The notes below the pieces were generated by a model. The model was not told where the DNA came from. It saw only the letters and a list, made by a program, of their open reading frames with translations, and did no database searches. Below, in pieces: positions 9,145 to 18,384 of a stretch of 64,000 nt of DNA. Both the position numbers and the translations under genes were made by a program. Position 1 is the first letter of the stretch. Every line of letters starts with the position of its first letter. The DNA comes from an uncultured Geobacter sp. (lineage in GTDB: Bacteria > Desulfobacterota > Desulfuromonadia > Geobacterales > Geobacteraceae), in the NCBI GenBank assembly GCA_937886325.1, contig CALABV010000051.1, positions 7,754 through 71,753 of the forward strand, written 5' to 3'.

Positions 9145-10542
9145 CTATTCCACCTTCAGGGCAACGAAAAGCGACGAGTCTCCCCGACGCACGAGGAAAG
9201 GAACCGTCGCGCCCTTTTTCAGTGACGAAACCAGTTTCGCATATTCCTTGGTGTTCTTCACGGGAGTGGTGTTTATCTGCCTGATAATGTCACCCACCGA
9301 AATCCCCGCTTCGTCGGCCGCACTTCCCGGCTTCACCTCTGTTACGACAACGCCGGAGGTCTCCTGTATCCTCAGACGAGCCGCGATATCCTTCGTAAGA
9401 TCCGCGACGACGAGACCGAAGCGCGCCTCGGCCGACGCTTCCTTCTGCGTGCTTTGCCCGCTATCGGCCATCCGTTCGATGACCACGGTTTTTTCCAGGG
9501 TCTTGCCGTCCCTCAGCACCTTGACGGACGCTCTCTTGCCCACGGGAGTGACGGCGGCGAGCCGGGGAAGGTCATGCATATCCTTGATGGTTTTCCCGTC
9601 AAACTCGAGAATGATATCACCGGCATTCAGTCCGCCCTTTTCCGCCGGGCTGTCCTTCACCACCTCGGCTATCAGGGCGCCTTTTTCACCCTTCATCCCG
9701 AACGATGCGGCGAGCTCTGGAGTAACCGGCTGAACACTGACGCCGAGCCACCCTCTCGTCACCCTGCCCGTTTCCTTCAATTGGGTCAGCACGGCTTTTG
9801 CCATATTAATCGGAATGGCAAAGCCTATTCCCTGTCCCCCGGCGACAATGGCCGCATTGATACCGATCACCTCTCCTTTTGCGTTGAAGAGCGGACCTCC
9901 GGAATTGCCGGGATTGATGGAGGCGTCGGTCTGGAGATAATCATCGTAGGGTCCGCTGCCGATCCATCTTCCCTTGGCGCTGACGATCCCCGCTGTCACG
10001 GTCTGGGCAAGGCCGAACGGGTTGCCGATGGCCATAACCCATTCTCCCACCTCAAGGGCGTCACTGTCACCCAGCGGGGCAACCGGAAGGTTTTCCTTCG
10101 TTTCTATACTGATGAGCGCCAGGTCCAGCTTTTCATCGGCCCCCTTGACCTGCCCTTTGAACTCACGGCCGTCGGAAAGCTTCACCTTGATCTCGTCGGC
10201 GCCGGACACCACGTGGTTATTGGTGAAGATGTAACCGTCGCCGATGATGAACCCCGAACCCTGCCCTCTCTGCTTGAAGGGGCGCTGGGGCACATCCTTG
10301 AAAAACCTCTCGAAAAAATCCTCGAAGGGGTCGTTTCCGAAGGGATTAGCCTGCTGTCGGCGGGAAGGCTGCTGTTTGCCGATGACCTTGGTTGTGCTGA
10401 TATTCACAACAGCGGGCTTGAGCTTCTTCGCCAGCTCGACGAAATCCGGTGGAGCCGCCTTGGCTTCGGCATGATCGACGGAAATGAACGACAGAGATGC
10501 GGCCAGAAAGACGGCCAGAAAACGGAATACTTCTTTGCGCAT
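9145..10542 (-). CDS. htrA: Periplasmic serine endoprotease DegP/HtrA family (two PDZ domains)
   Basis: Signal peptide MRKEVFRFLAVFLAASLSFISVDHAEA. Catalytic triad contexts TNNHVV, DLALI and GNSGGPL. 465 aa. Confidence 0.9.
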   Translation of the reverse strand: MRKEVFRFLAVFLAASLSFISVDHAEAKAAPPDFVELAKKLKPAVVNISTTKVIGKQQPSRRQQANPFGNDPFEDFFERFFKDVPQRPFKQRGQGSGFIIGDGYIFTNNHVVSGADEIKVKLSDGREFKGQVKGADEKLDLALISIETKENLPVAPLGDSDALEVGEWVMAIGNPFGLAQTVTAGIVSAKGRWIGSGPYDDYLQTDASINPGNSGGPLFNAKGEVIGINAAIVAGGQGIGFAIPINMAKAVLTQLKETGRVTRGWLGVSVQPVTPELAASFGMKGEKGALIAEVVKDSPAEKGGLNAGDIILEFDGKTIKDMHDLPRLAAVTPVGKRASVKVLRDGKTLEKTVVIERMADSGQSTQKEASAEARFGLVVADLTKDIAARLRIQETSGVVVTEVKPGSAADEAGISVGDIIRQINTTPVKNTKEYAKLVSSLKKGATVPFLVRRGDSSLFVALKVE

Positions 10543-10586
10543 GAGATACCCCCTGCTCTGTAATCGGACAAAAAACTGCCCGTCTT

Positions 10587-10615
10587 ACTGTAATGTCGGG
10601 ATTGGTATTTGTCAA
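10587..10615 (-). promoter_or_regulatory. Candidate sigma-70 promoter for htrA
   Basis: Minus strand reads TTGACA-N17-TACAGT about 45 nt upstream of the ATG. Sequence match only. Confidence 0.35.
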
Positions 10616-10785
10616 CCTGGCGGAGAACAGGGGATGCTGATACGATTCGGGAGGAGAAAAAGCGGCGCTGGAGAAAACGGTAAGGAGTCTGAAGGAACGG
10701 CAGGCCGGGGAGCCCGTCCCGTGTGGAACGGACTCCCTGAGCGATGGTTTTCCATCCTTCGGCCCGCGTTGCGCGGGTCCGGTTA

Positions 10786-11460
10786 TTACTCTTCTTCCTT
10801 GAGGATGTAGCCGACTCCCCGCACCGTATGGATGAGCTTCTTGTCCGCATCACGGTCAATCTTCTTGCGGAGGTAGTTCACATACACGTCAATTATGTTG
10901 GTAAAGCTGTCGAAGATGTAATCCCAGACATTCTCGGCAATAGTTGTGCGGGTAAGCACCTGGTTCGGATTGCGCATGAAGAATTCAAGGAGGGAGTATT
11001 CCTTTGCCGTGAGATCGATTTCCTTGTCCTTGCGCCATACCTTGTGCGTAACCGGGTCGAGCCGCAGGTCGGCGAACCGGATCTCGGCGCCCCGCTCCTG
11101 CTCGGAACGGCGGAGGAGCGCCCGGACGCGTGCCAGCAGTTCGGCAAATGCGAACGGCTTGGTCAGGTAGTCGTCAGAACCGGAATTGAGACCGGCCACG
11201 ATGTCCTCCACCGTGTCTTTTGCGGTCAGCATCAGAACAGGCGTCAGGAGTTTCCGTGCGCGCAGTTCCTTGACCACCGACAATCCGTCCTTTTTCGGCA
11301 GCATCACATCGAGGATGATAAGGCTGTATGAACCGTCCAAGGACTTCTGCAAACCTTCGTCGCCGTCATACGTAACATCGACCTCGTACTTTTCCTCTTC
11401 AAGTCCTCGCTTGATGAAACTTGCGACCTTTTTTTCGTCTTCCACCACCAGAATCTTCAT
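10786..11460 (-). CDS. OmpR/PhoB-family response regulator (receiver + winged-helix)
   Basis: MKILVVEDEKK.., acceptor context LIILDVMLP, TAKD, KPF, and C-terminal trans_reg_C features (LTAKEYSLLEFFMRN..RGVGY). No cognate kinase is adjacent. Confidence 0.88.
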   Translation of the reverse strand: MKILVVEDEKKVASFIKRGLEEEKYEVDVTYDGDEGLQKSLDGSYSLIILDVMLPKKDGLSVVKELRARKLLTPVLMLTAKDTVEDIVAGLNSGSDDYLTKPFAFAELLARVRALLRRSEQERGAEIRFADLRLDPVTHKVWRKDKEIDLTAKEYSLLEFFMRNPNQVLTRTTIAENVWDYIFDSFTNIIDVYVNYLRKKIDRDADKKLIHTVRGVGYILKEEE

Positions 11461-11936
11461 GTCATCACCTCGTCATGTCGTTAAATTCTTCACACCCGAA
11501 ATGGATACGCAAAGCAAACCCTCCCGCGAAGCAGACACATGCCGCGGAATAAAAGGAGGCAAACCTGCCGATGGGTTCATCCAGGGCCTATGAGGAAAGA
11601 TATACCGCCTCACAGCGGAACAAGGAAAAAACTCATGAGGATTCTTATACCACATCAGCCTAAACATGCAATAAATAAAAACCGTTTATTAGGTGAACGG
11701 CTTCCGGGGAAAAAGCGGCCTTCGGAGGGGGCAACAACAATACCCCAAAGCCTATTTTAATGAAAATTACAACTCACATTTCGCACTTTGTCAAGGTTTT
11801 AATTGTAAACGCCTTTTTCTTCTGCTACGTTAGCAGTCATCCGGAATATCAGGAAAAGGGGGTTCACGTTCAATGGCCGCCATTGGAATAGAGAAAGCGC
11901 CCGCCATCCCGAAGCAATAAAACACAAGGAGACGGA

Positions 11937-12875
11937 ATGAAAAAAGAGTGGGCACAGGTATCCTGCGAGGTTCCTGCATCCATGGTTGACTCTCTGGCCG
12001 AATACCTGATTGAGCTCTCTTCCACCGGTGTGAGCATCGACAACATGACTCTCGACACCTTCTCCCTGGATACCGTTGAGGAGTCTCCAATCAAGACGGT
12101 GACCGCGTATTTTTCCGTTGATGATTCCCTCCGGGAAAGGATCCGGGAGATCGAATCCTACCTGGTCGAAAAGGGGCAGGCATACGACGGTTTTCAATTC
12201 AAAGCGCCGACAGTGGCACGTATAACGGAGGAAGACTGGAGCAGCAACTGGAAGGACCACTTCAAGCCTCTTCGGATTGGAAACCATCTCGTAATCAAGC
12301 CCACCTGGGAAACATTTCCGGCAACGGATGACGATATCATCATGGAACTGGACCCCGGGATGGCATTCGGCACGGGAACGCATCCGACAACCATGCTCTG
12401 CCTTTCCATCCTGGAAGGAATCTTTTCCGGCCGGGATGCTTCCGGACGCCCACACAAAAAGCCGCGGGCGGTTCTTGATGTGGGGACCGGTTCGGGTATA
12501 CTCAGCATAGCAGCCGCTCTGCTGGGCGCGGAGACCGTGAAAGCCGTCGACATCGACCCCGACGCGGTCCGAGTGGCGACGGAAAATTGTACCTTGAATA
12601 ATGTCACCCACCTTGTGTCCGTCTCCGACACACCTCTCCACATGGTCACGGGGAGCTTCGATGTCATCCTGGCCAACATCCTCGCGGAAGAACTGGTTCG
12701 ATTGGCGCCGGAGCTTGTCCGGAGGATATCGCGGGGCGGTTTTCTGATACTGTCGGGGATACTGACCGACAAGGAAGATCTCGTGGTCGGCGGCTTCACG
12801 AGCCTTGACGTCTCCCTGACGCGGATCGCCAGGGAAGAGGAATGGAGTTGCATCGTTTTTCAGGGGAATGGGTGA
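11937..12875 (+). CDS. prmA: Ribosomal protein L11 methyltransferase
   Basis: 312 aa with SD AAGGAG. Contains the SAM motif VLDVGTGSGILSI and PrmA-like FGTGTHPTT. Confidence 0.9.
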   Translation: MKKEWAQVSCEVPASMVDSLAEYLIELSSTGVSIDNMTLDTFSLDTVEESPIKTVTAYFSVDDSLRERIREIESYLVEKGQAYDGFQFKAPTVARITEEDWSSNWKDHFKPLRIGNHLVIKPTWETFPATDDDIIMELDPGMAFGTGTHPTTMLCLSILEGIFSGRDASGRPHKKPRAVLDVGTGSGILSIAAALLGAETVKAVDIDPDAVRVATENCTLNNVTHLVSVSDTPLHMVTGSFDVILANILAEELVRLAPELVRRISRGGFLILSGILTDKEDLVVGGFTSLDVSLTRIAREEEWSCIVFQGNG

Positions 12876-13616
12876 ATGCGGCGTTTCTTCATCGATGAGA
12901 ACGCCATTACAGACGATACGGCGCTCGTGACGGGTAACCTTTTTTGTCACATGACACGGGTACTGCGACTGAAAATCGGCACCCGGGTCATCCTTTCCGA
13001 TGGAACGGGCAAACGTCACGTCGGCTCAATCTCCACTATCGGGAAAGACTGCCTGACCGTCACAATAACGAAAAGCTCCGCCGAGCCCGAGAAAGTCTCC
13101 GGACCGCTGCTTACCCTCTACCAGGGGCTTCCCAAGGGAAGCAAGATGGAATTCATCTTGCAAAAGTGTACCGAATTGGGTGCGGACTCCTTTGTCCCCT
13201 ATATATCGGAACGATCCGTTGCCAAGCTTCCAAAAGATCGGGAAGCCGAGCGGATCGAGCGATGGCGCCGTATCATACGGGAAGCGGCGCGCCAATCAAA
13301 CAGGACATCGGTCCCCCTCCTCTCCCCGGTCAAAGATTTTTCCGAACTCGTCGGCACGGCTGACCAGGCGGTGAAACTTCTGCTCTGGGAGGAAGAAACG
13401 TCCAACAGGCTCAGATCCGTTCTCGGTTCCCTGCCGCGACCCGACAGTGTCGCCCTGCTTGTCGGACCGGAAGGCGGGCTCTCTCGTGAGGAAGCCGCTG
13501 CCGCCGAGGCTTCGGGATTCATTCCCGTGACCCTCGGCACGAGGATCCTCAGGACCGAAACGGCGGGAATTGCCCTCCTGGCCGTGCTGCAGTTCTACTG
13601 GGGGGACATGGGTTGA
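12876..13616 (+). CDS. rsmE: 16S rRNA (uracil1498-N3)-methyltransferase
   Basis: MRRFFID.. N-terminus and C-terminal LGTRILRTETAGIALL typical of RsmE. The ATG abuts the prmA stop. Confidence 0.88.
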   Translation: MRRFFIDENAITDDTALVTGNLFCHMTRVLRLKIGTRVILSDGTGKRHVGSISTIGKDCLTVTITKSSAEPEKVSGPLLTLYQGLPKGSKMEFILQKCTELGADSFVPYISERSVAKLPKDREAERIERWRRIIREAARQSNRTSVPLLSPVKDFSELVGTADQAVKLLLWEEETSNRLRSVLGSLPRPDSVALLVGPEGGLSREEAAAAEASGFIPVTLGTRILRTETAGIALLAVLQFYWGDMG

Positions 13617-13640
13617 AAAGGAATACGGGAGGTACGCGGC

Positions 13641-14381
13641 ATGAAATGCCCCAAATGCGGTTACAATAGCTTCGAATTTCTCGACAACTGCAAGAAATGC
13701 GGCGCGGAATTCGCTTCATTCAAGAAAACCCACCGAATCAACGCTGTCGTACTTACGCCGACTCCGGCACAGGATGCGCGGCCCGCGCCGGAGGAAACCG
13801 CGATCGCCTCTCCGCCTGTGCCTGACTCCGTTGCGGAAAGTCCCGCTGATGATTTCTCCTGGGACACGCCCGCCGAAACGAACATCAGCGACCGGGAAGA
13901 GAGCCCGTACAGCGGTTTCGATCTGGGCTTTCAGGATTCCGAAGATCTGACCCGGGACAAGGCTTTCACCGGTTTCTCCTTCTCCGATGAACCGGAGAAT
14001 GAACGTCCCGAACAGGTATCCGCTCCCGAGGGAGAAAGATTGGAAGATTTCTCCTTCGAGGAGGAAATCGAGAATGAAACCTCCCCTGTGGAATTGAAGG
14101 ATGCAACGTCGGAATCGGCGACGGAAGGATACGAGAGGTTGCTGGACATTGATTCTCTCGAAGTGAAGGAAGATACCGAAAAAGCTGTTTCCGGAGAGTT
14201 TGACGCGGATGATTTTTCATTCGCCCCCGAACCGGTGGCCGAAGATATCTTTCAGCTGAAAGAAGAGCCCGTGCCGCCGGCGCCTGAAAAAAAGGCGCAG
14301 CCGAACCTGTCGGACTTTGACAAGGAATTCGAGCAGATTTTCTCTTTCGGCGACGCCGAAGAAAAAGACACGAAATCGTAA
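13641..14381 (+). CDS. Zinc-ribbon protein with long acidic tail carrying repeated FSF/FSW motifs
   Basis: N-terminal CPKCG..CKKCG zinc ribbon, then a low-complexity D/E-rich region with DDFSW, GFSFSDE, EDFSFEEE, DDFSFAPE and IFSFGDAEE. SD is GGGAGG. Confidence 0.7.
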   Translation: MKCPKCGYNSFEFLDNCKKCGAEFASFKKTHRINAVVLTPTPAQDARPAPEETAIASPPVPDSVAESPADDFSWDTPAETNISDREESPYSGFDLGFQDSEDLTRDKAFTGFSFSDEPENERPEQVSAPEGERLEDFSFEEEIENETSPVELKDATSESATEGYERLLDIDSLEVKEDTEKAVSGEFDADDFSFAPEPVAEDIFQLKEEPVPPAPEKKAQPNLSDFDKEFEQIFSFGDAEEKDTKS

Positions 14382-14384
14382 ACG

Positions 14385-15521
14385 TCAGCGAAGCACTTCC
14401 AGGAGTTCGTCGCCGAACTCCCGTTTCCGCCAGCCTCGCAGGGCGGGAACGACGTCAAGTCCGGCGGCGTCCTTCGGGGCCTCCTTGGCCAGTACTTCCA
14501 GCAGGGCATTGTTGACAAGAAATCCGGCATCAATCCCCAGCGCCAGGGATTTGGCTTCCCGCCACTTCTTCAATTTCCTGAGTCTCTCATCTTTCAGGGC
14601 ATCCCGTTCAGGTCTTCCCGCGCGTGCGAACCGGGGGAGGAGTTCTTCCGGAATCGCACAACCATCGGCAACCCCTTTCATAATATCCCTCCCGTACCTT
14701 TCCGCGGAACGCGGCGGAAGACCGGGAATCCCCTGCAATTCCTGAAGTTTTCTCGGCTTTTTCTCCGCCAGCGCCCGAATCGTCTCATTGGAGAGCACCT
14801 TGAACGGCGGTTTGTCGGCAACACGAGCCCGCAGATCACGGAACCTGAGTAACTCCTCCAGCACGGCAAGCGTCCGAGGCTCCATCTTGCTCGCCCCCTT
14901 GAAACGACAAAAGAACGGCTCGCCCTCACGATCCGCCGCCCTCACCTCCGACAGATAATCCGATTCCTCCTCAACCCAGGAAAGCCTTCCCCGCTCCACA
15001 AGCTCCGCCTCCAGCTGACGGTACAGGGCAACGAGCAGCGACGTGTCAGCCGCGGCATAGGCGATCATGCCGGGGTCCAGCGGCCGCCTGCTCCAGTCGG
15101 CCTTCTGGTAGCGCTTGTCCAGTTCCACCCCGAATCTCTTCTTCAGCGCCGCCGCAAGACCAAACTCCTTCTCGCCCAGCAACTGGCAGGCGATCATGGT
15201 ATCGAACAGGTTGCGCACCTCCAGGGAAAAATCACGGTACAGGGAGCGGATATCGTAATCGGCGCCGTGAAATACCTTGCGGATGCCCGGATCCGCCAGC
15301 AGGGGGCCGAGAGCGGAGACATCGGTCACCGCCAGGGGGTCTACCAGAAACACCGCCTTCTCCGTTGCAACCTGGATGAGGCAGACCTTTTCCCGGTAGT
15401 GATGGAGCGAGTCGGCCTCCAGATCGAAGGCCAGCACCTTTTCGCACGACAGCCGTCCGGCCAGCCGGTCAAGGTCCATCGAATTTTCAATTATCTTCGG
15501 TATCTTCTGACGCTGTGTCAT
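14385..15521 (-). CDS. rnd: Ribonuclease D (DEDD 3'-5' exonuclease + HRDC)
   Basis: AFDLEADSLHHYREKVCLIQVAT, YAAADTSLL and a C-terminal HRDC-like region. The start is uncertain (15521 or 15479). The track ORF start at 15572 overlaps mqnC by 86 nt. Confidence 0.82.
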   Translation of the reverse strand: MTQRQKIPKIIENSMDLDRLAGRLSCEKVLAFDLEADSLHHYREKVCLIQVATEKAVFLVDPLAVTDVSALGPLLADPGIRKVFHGADYDIRSLYRDFSLEVRNLFDTMIACQLLGEKEFGLAAALKKRFGVELDKRYQKADWSRRPLDPGMIAYAAADTSLLVALYRQLEAELVERGRLSWVEEESDYLSEVRAADREGEPFFCRFKGASKMEPRTLAVLEELLRFRDLRARVADKPPFKVLSNETIRALAEKKPRKLQELQGIPGLPPRSAERYGRDIMKGVADGCAIPEELLPRFARAGRPERDALKDERLRKLKKWREAKSLALGIDAGFLVNNALLEVLAKEAPKDAAGLDVVPALRGWRKREFGDELLEVLR

Positions 15522-16641
15522 GTATCCCTTTCCCGCAAACCGAGGACGCATTGTTCCCCGGCGAATATTCATGAACTTTCACGATATCATAGACGGTGTT
15601 TCTCTGGGCGGCACGGAATCCCGCCGCCTCGATGCACCCCACCATTGCCTCCCTGCCCATGCGGAAGGAACACCCCGCGGCGGCGACTACGTTTTCTTCC
15701 AGCATCGTCCCTCCCAGGTCGTTCGCGCCGAAAAAGAGGGCAACCTGGGCCAGTTTCGCTCCCTGGGTAACCCAGCTCGCCTGAATGTTGGGCACATTGT
15801 CGAGAACAATCCGGGACAGGGCGAGCACCTTCAGATATTCGACCCCGGTTGCCGCCGCGCCGCCCAGTTCAGTGTTCCCCGGCTGATAGGTCCAGGGAAT
15901 GAAGGCTGTGAAGGACCCTCCGTCCTCCTGGAGTTCCCTGACGCGGAACAGGTGCTCAACGATGTCCTCGGGTCGCTCGCGGCTGCCGAACATCATGGTG
16001 GCGGTTGTCGGAAGCCCCTGCCCGGCCGCTTCCCGCATCACCGCCGCCCACTCTTCCCAACCGATCTTGCCGGGAGAAATCTCTTTCCGAACCCTGTCCA
16101 CCAGGATCTCCGCCCCCCCGCCGGGAAGGGAGTCGAGGCCCGCACGCCGAAGACGTTGCAGGGTCTCCGCCACGGTACTATCCGAAAGGGCGGAAATATG
16201 GACAATCTCGGCGGGAGAGAGGGAGTGGATATGGATGTGTGGAAAACGCTCCTTGACTCCCCTGAACAGGCCCTCGAAGAACTCGATCCCCAAGCCGGGA
16301 TGAAGCCCCCCCTGCATCAGGAGCTGGGTTCCACCCTGCTCCGCCAGCTCCCGGATCTTACGGAAGATTTCCTCACGTGTCAGCACATAGGCATCCGGAG
16401 AGCCCGTATCGCGGAAGAAGGCGCAGAAGCGGCACCGGGAGACGCAGATATTGGTGTAGTTCACGTTCCGGTCAACCACGTAGGTGACGACGTTTTCCGG
16501 ATGGAGCCTGCGGCGGATACGGTCGGCAAGCTTGCCGAGGGTCGTCGGTTCCGCTTCCCGGAAAAGTCGGAGGGCTTCTTCCCTGGTGAGGGGCATGTTA
16601 TTTTCGATGCGCTCCGCACATACCCGCGGAAATGGATTCAA
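15487..16641 (-). CDS. mqnC: Cyclic dehypoxanthinyl futalosine synthase (radical SAM, futalosine pathway)
   Basis: CVSRCRFCAF radical-SAM motif, with ATMMFG, FIPWTYQP and IQASWVTQG...GANDLGGTMLEENV matching my recollection of MqnC. TTG start preceded by GAGGAG. Confidence 0.78.
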   Translation of the reverse strand: MNPFPRVCAERIENNMPLTREEALRLFREAEPTTLGKLADRIRRRLHPENVVTYVVDRNVNYTNICVSRCRFCAFFRDTGSPDAYVLTREEIFRKIRELAEQGGTQLLMQGGLHPGLGIEFFEGLFRGVKERFPHIHIHSLSPAEIVHISALSDSTVAETLQRLRRAGLDSLPGGGAEILVDRVRKEISPGKIGWEEWAAVMREAAGQGLPTTATMMFGSRERPEDIVEHLFRVRELQEDGGSFTAFIPWTYQPGNTELGGAAATGVEYLKVLALSRIVLDNVPNIQASWVTQGAKLAQVALFFGANDLGGTMLEENVVAAAGCSFRMGREAMVGCIEAAGFRAAQRNTVYDIVKVHEYSPGNNASSVCGKGIHDTASEDTEDN

Positions 16642-16681
16642 GAAATTCTCCTCAACCGGTCCGGGAACAGATTCCCGGCGT

Positions 16682-17764
16682 TCAACTGTTTCTCACTTCG
16701 TTATAGAACGAATCACGCTCCACAGGATCCCTCCCCGCGGCACGAATCAGGCGGACGAGGTGCTGCCTCTCCATCCCCGGCGGAGAATCAGCGCCCGCTT
16801 CATGACCTATCTTCTCCTCGACCACCGTGCCGTCCAGGTCATCGGCGCCGAAAGTTAGCGCCACCTGGGCGATCCTTTCGCCGAGCATGACCCAGTATGC
16901 CTTGATGTGGGCGAAGTTGTCCAGAAAGAGGCGGGCGACGGCGATGGTCTTCAGGTCGTCCACCCCTCCGGGCGCCCGTGTACCTTCCTGTTTCAGCGGA
17001 GTATCCCCGGGCTGGAAGGGAAGCGCGACAAAGGCCTGGAACCCGCCGGTCCGGTCCTGGAGGTCACGGAGCCGGGACAGGTGGTCGACACGGTCGGCAT
17101 GGCTCTCCCGGTGGCCGTAGAGCATGGTGGCATTGGAGCGAAGCCCGCATCCATGGGCATGTTCCATGATTTCCAGCCATCGTTCGCCTGATATCTTGTC
17201 GCCGCATAGCTGTGTCCGCACGGACGGGGCAAAGATTTCAGCCCCACCGCCGGGCATGGAATCGAGGCCGGCGTCCCCGAGTCTTTGAAAGACCTCGTGC
17301 AGGCACAGACCGCTCACGCGCGCCATATGGTCGATCTCCACGGCGGTGAAGGCCTTCAGGTGAAGTCGGGGCGAGACGGATTTTACGGTGCGCAGCATCT
17401 CCTGATACGCCTCGAAGGGAAGCGACGGATGGAGCCCGCCCACCATGTGGATCTCGGTGGCTCCCCGCAGCAGCGCGTCTTCGGCCAGGGAGCGAATCTC
17501 CGCGGTATCAAGCAGATAGGCTCCCTGTTCGTCGGCGTCCCGGCGGAAGGCACAGAAACGGCAGCGGTTCACGCAGATATTGGTGTAATTCAGATGCCGG
17601 TTCACGTTGAAAAAGACCCGGCGGCCGTTCTTCCGCTCGTTGGCCCATGCCGCCATCTCTCCGATCTCCGCGAGTTCGTCGGAAGCGAACAGGCACAGTG
17701 CATCGTCATTGCTCAGACGTTCTCCCGCGCAGACCTTTGCCCTGACGGATGAGAGAGAATTCAT
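16682..17764 (-). CDS. mqnE: Aminodeoxyfutalosine synthase (radical SAM, futalosine pathway)
   Basis: FFNVNRHLNYTNICVNRCRFCAF, NATMLYGHRES, FQAFVALPFQPGDT. Start taken at MNSLSSVRAK, whose ATG overlaps the ubiX-like stop as ATGA (17761-17764). The upstream 94 codons of the track ORF are spurious. Confidence 0.78.
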   Translation of the reverse strand: MNSLSSVRAKVCAGERLSNDDALCLFASDELAEIGEMAAWANERKNGRRVFFNVNRHLNYTNICVNRCRFCAFRRDADEQGAYLLDTAEIRSLAEDALLRGATEIHMVGGLHPSLPFEAYQEMLRTVKSVSPRLHLKAFTAVEIDHMARVSGLCLHEVFQRLGDAGLDSMPGGGAEIFAPSVRTQLCGDKISGERWLEIMEHAHGCGLRSNATMLYGHRESHADRVDHLSRLRDLQDRTGGFQAFVALPFQPGDTPLKQEGTRAPGGVDDLKTIAVARLFLDNFAHIKAYWVMLGERIAQVALTFGADDLDGTVVEEKIGHEAGADSPPGMERQHLVRLIRAAGRDPVERDSFYNEVRNS

Positions 17765-18369
17765 GGCTGCTCCGGCGCCCCCCAGGCCCGGTAAAGCCGG
17801 TGCGCGATTCCAAGGGCGTCCATGGCCTTGCCGACCACGAAATTCACCAGGTCGTCCACGCTCCGGGGACCATGGTAGAAGGCTGGCATGGCGGGCACAA
17901 TCCGCGCCCCCATCCGGGCGAGCTTCAGCATGTTTTCCAGGTGGATCTCGGACAGGGGAGTCTCCCTCGGGACAAGGACCAGGGGTCGCCGCTCTTTCAG
18001 CATTACATCGGCGCACCTCTCCAGGAGGTTCCCGGAGTTTCCGCACGCTATCCTGGCCAGGGTACCCATGGAGCAGGGGCAGACAACCATGGCGTCCGGC
18101 GCCGCGGATCCACTGGCGATGGGGGCCAGGAGATTATTTTCCTCGTAGTAGCGCGCCTGTGACGCCTGAACGCCGAAATGGCCGCGGAACCGGTGGGAAA
18201 CATCTTCTTCCGTCCCGTGCCAGTCAAGGCCGGCTTCCGTTTTCAGAACGGAGAAACCGGACCTGCTGATGAGAAAGTCGAGGGAATGTCCGGCGACCAG
18301 GAGTTCTTCGCAGAGACGCAGCCCGTAAAGCGCGCCCGAGGCGCCGGTGATTGCCGAAACGATATGCAT
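17761..18369 (-). CDS. ubiX: Flavin prenyltransferase UbiX family (MqnL-like in a futalosine context)
   Basis: MHIVSAITGASGALYGLRL.. N-terminus; 202 aa, a typical UbiX/Pad1 length. Confidence 0.85.
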   Translation of the reverse strand: MHIVSAITGASGALYGLRLCEELLVAGHSLDFLISRSGFSVLKTEAGLDWHGTEEDVSHRFRGHFGVQASQARYYEENNLLAPIASGSAAPDAMVVCPCSMGTLARIACGNSGNLLERCADVMLKERRPLVLVPRETPLSEIHLENMLKLARMGARIVPAMPAFYHGPRSVDDLVNFVVGKAMDALGIAHRLYRAWGAPEQP

Positions 18370-18384
18370 GGAACTCTTCTCCTG

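Noticed and set aside
11871-11885. 15-nt palindrome CAATGGC-C-GCCATTG about 55 nt upstream of prmA.
   Set aside because: A 7+7 palindrome is expected a few times by chance in this window. No second site or associated regulator gene was found.
11461-11936. 475-nt divergent spacer between the response regulator and prmA, scanned for tmRNA, 6S or RNase P-like RNAs.
   Set aside because: No recognisable conserved cores were found (no GGGGCUGA 5' end, no tRNA-like 3' end, no long closing stem), only short hairpins.
15520-16890. 456-aa plus-strand ORF opposite mqnC. The same issue applies to 23529-24863 (-), 26340-27623 (-), 40543-41703 (-), 41400-42401 (-), 11799-13019 (-) and 2509-3483 (+).
   Set aside because: All lie antisense to genes with diagnostic motifs, lack SD sequences and motifs, and have biased low-complexity composition.
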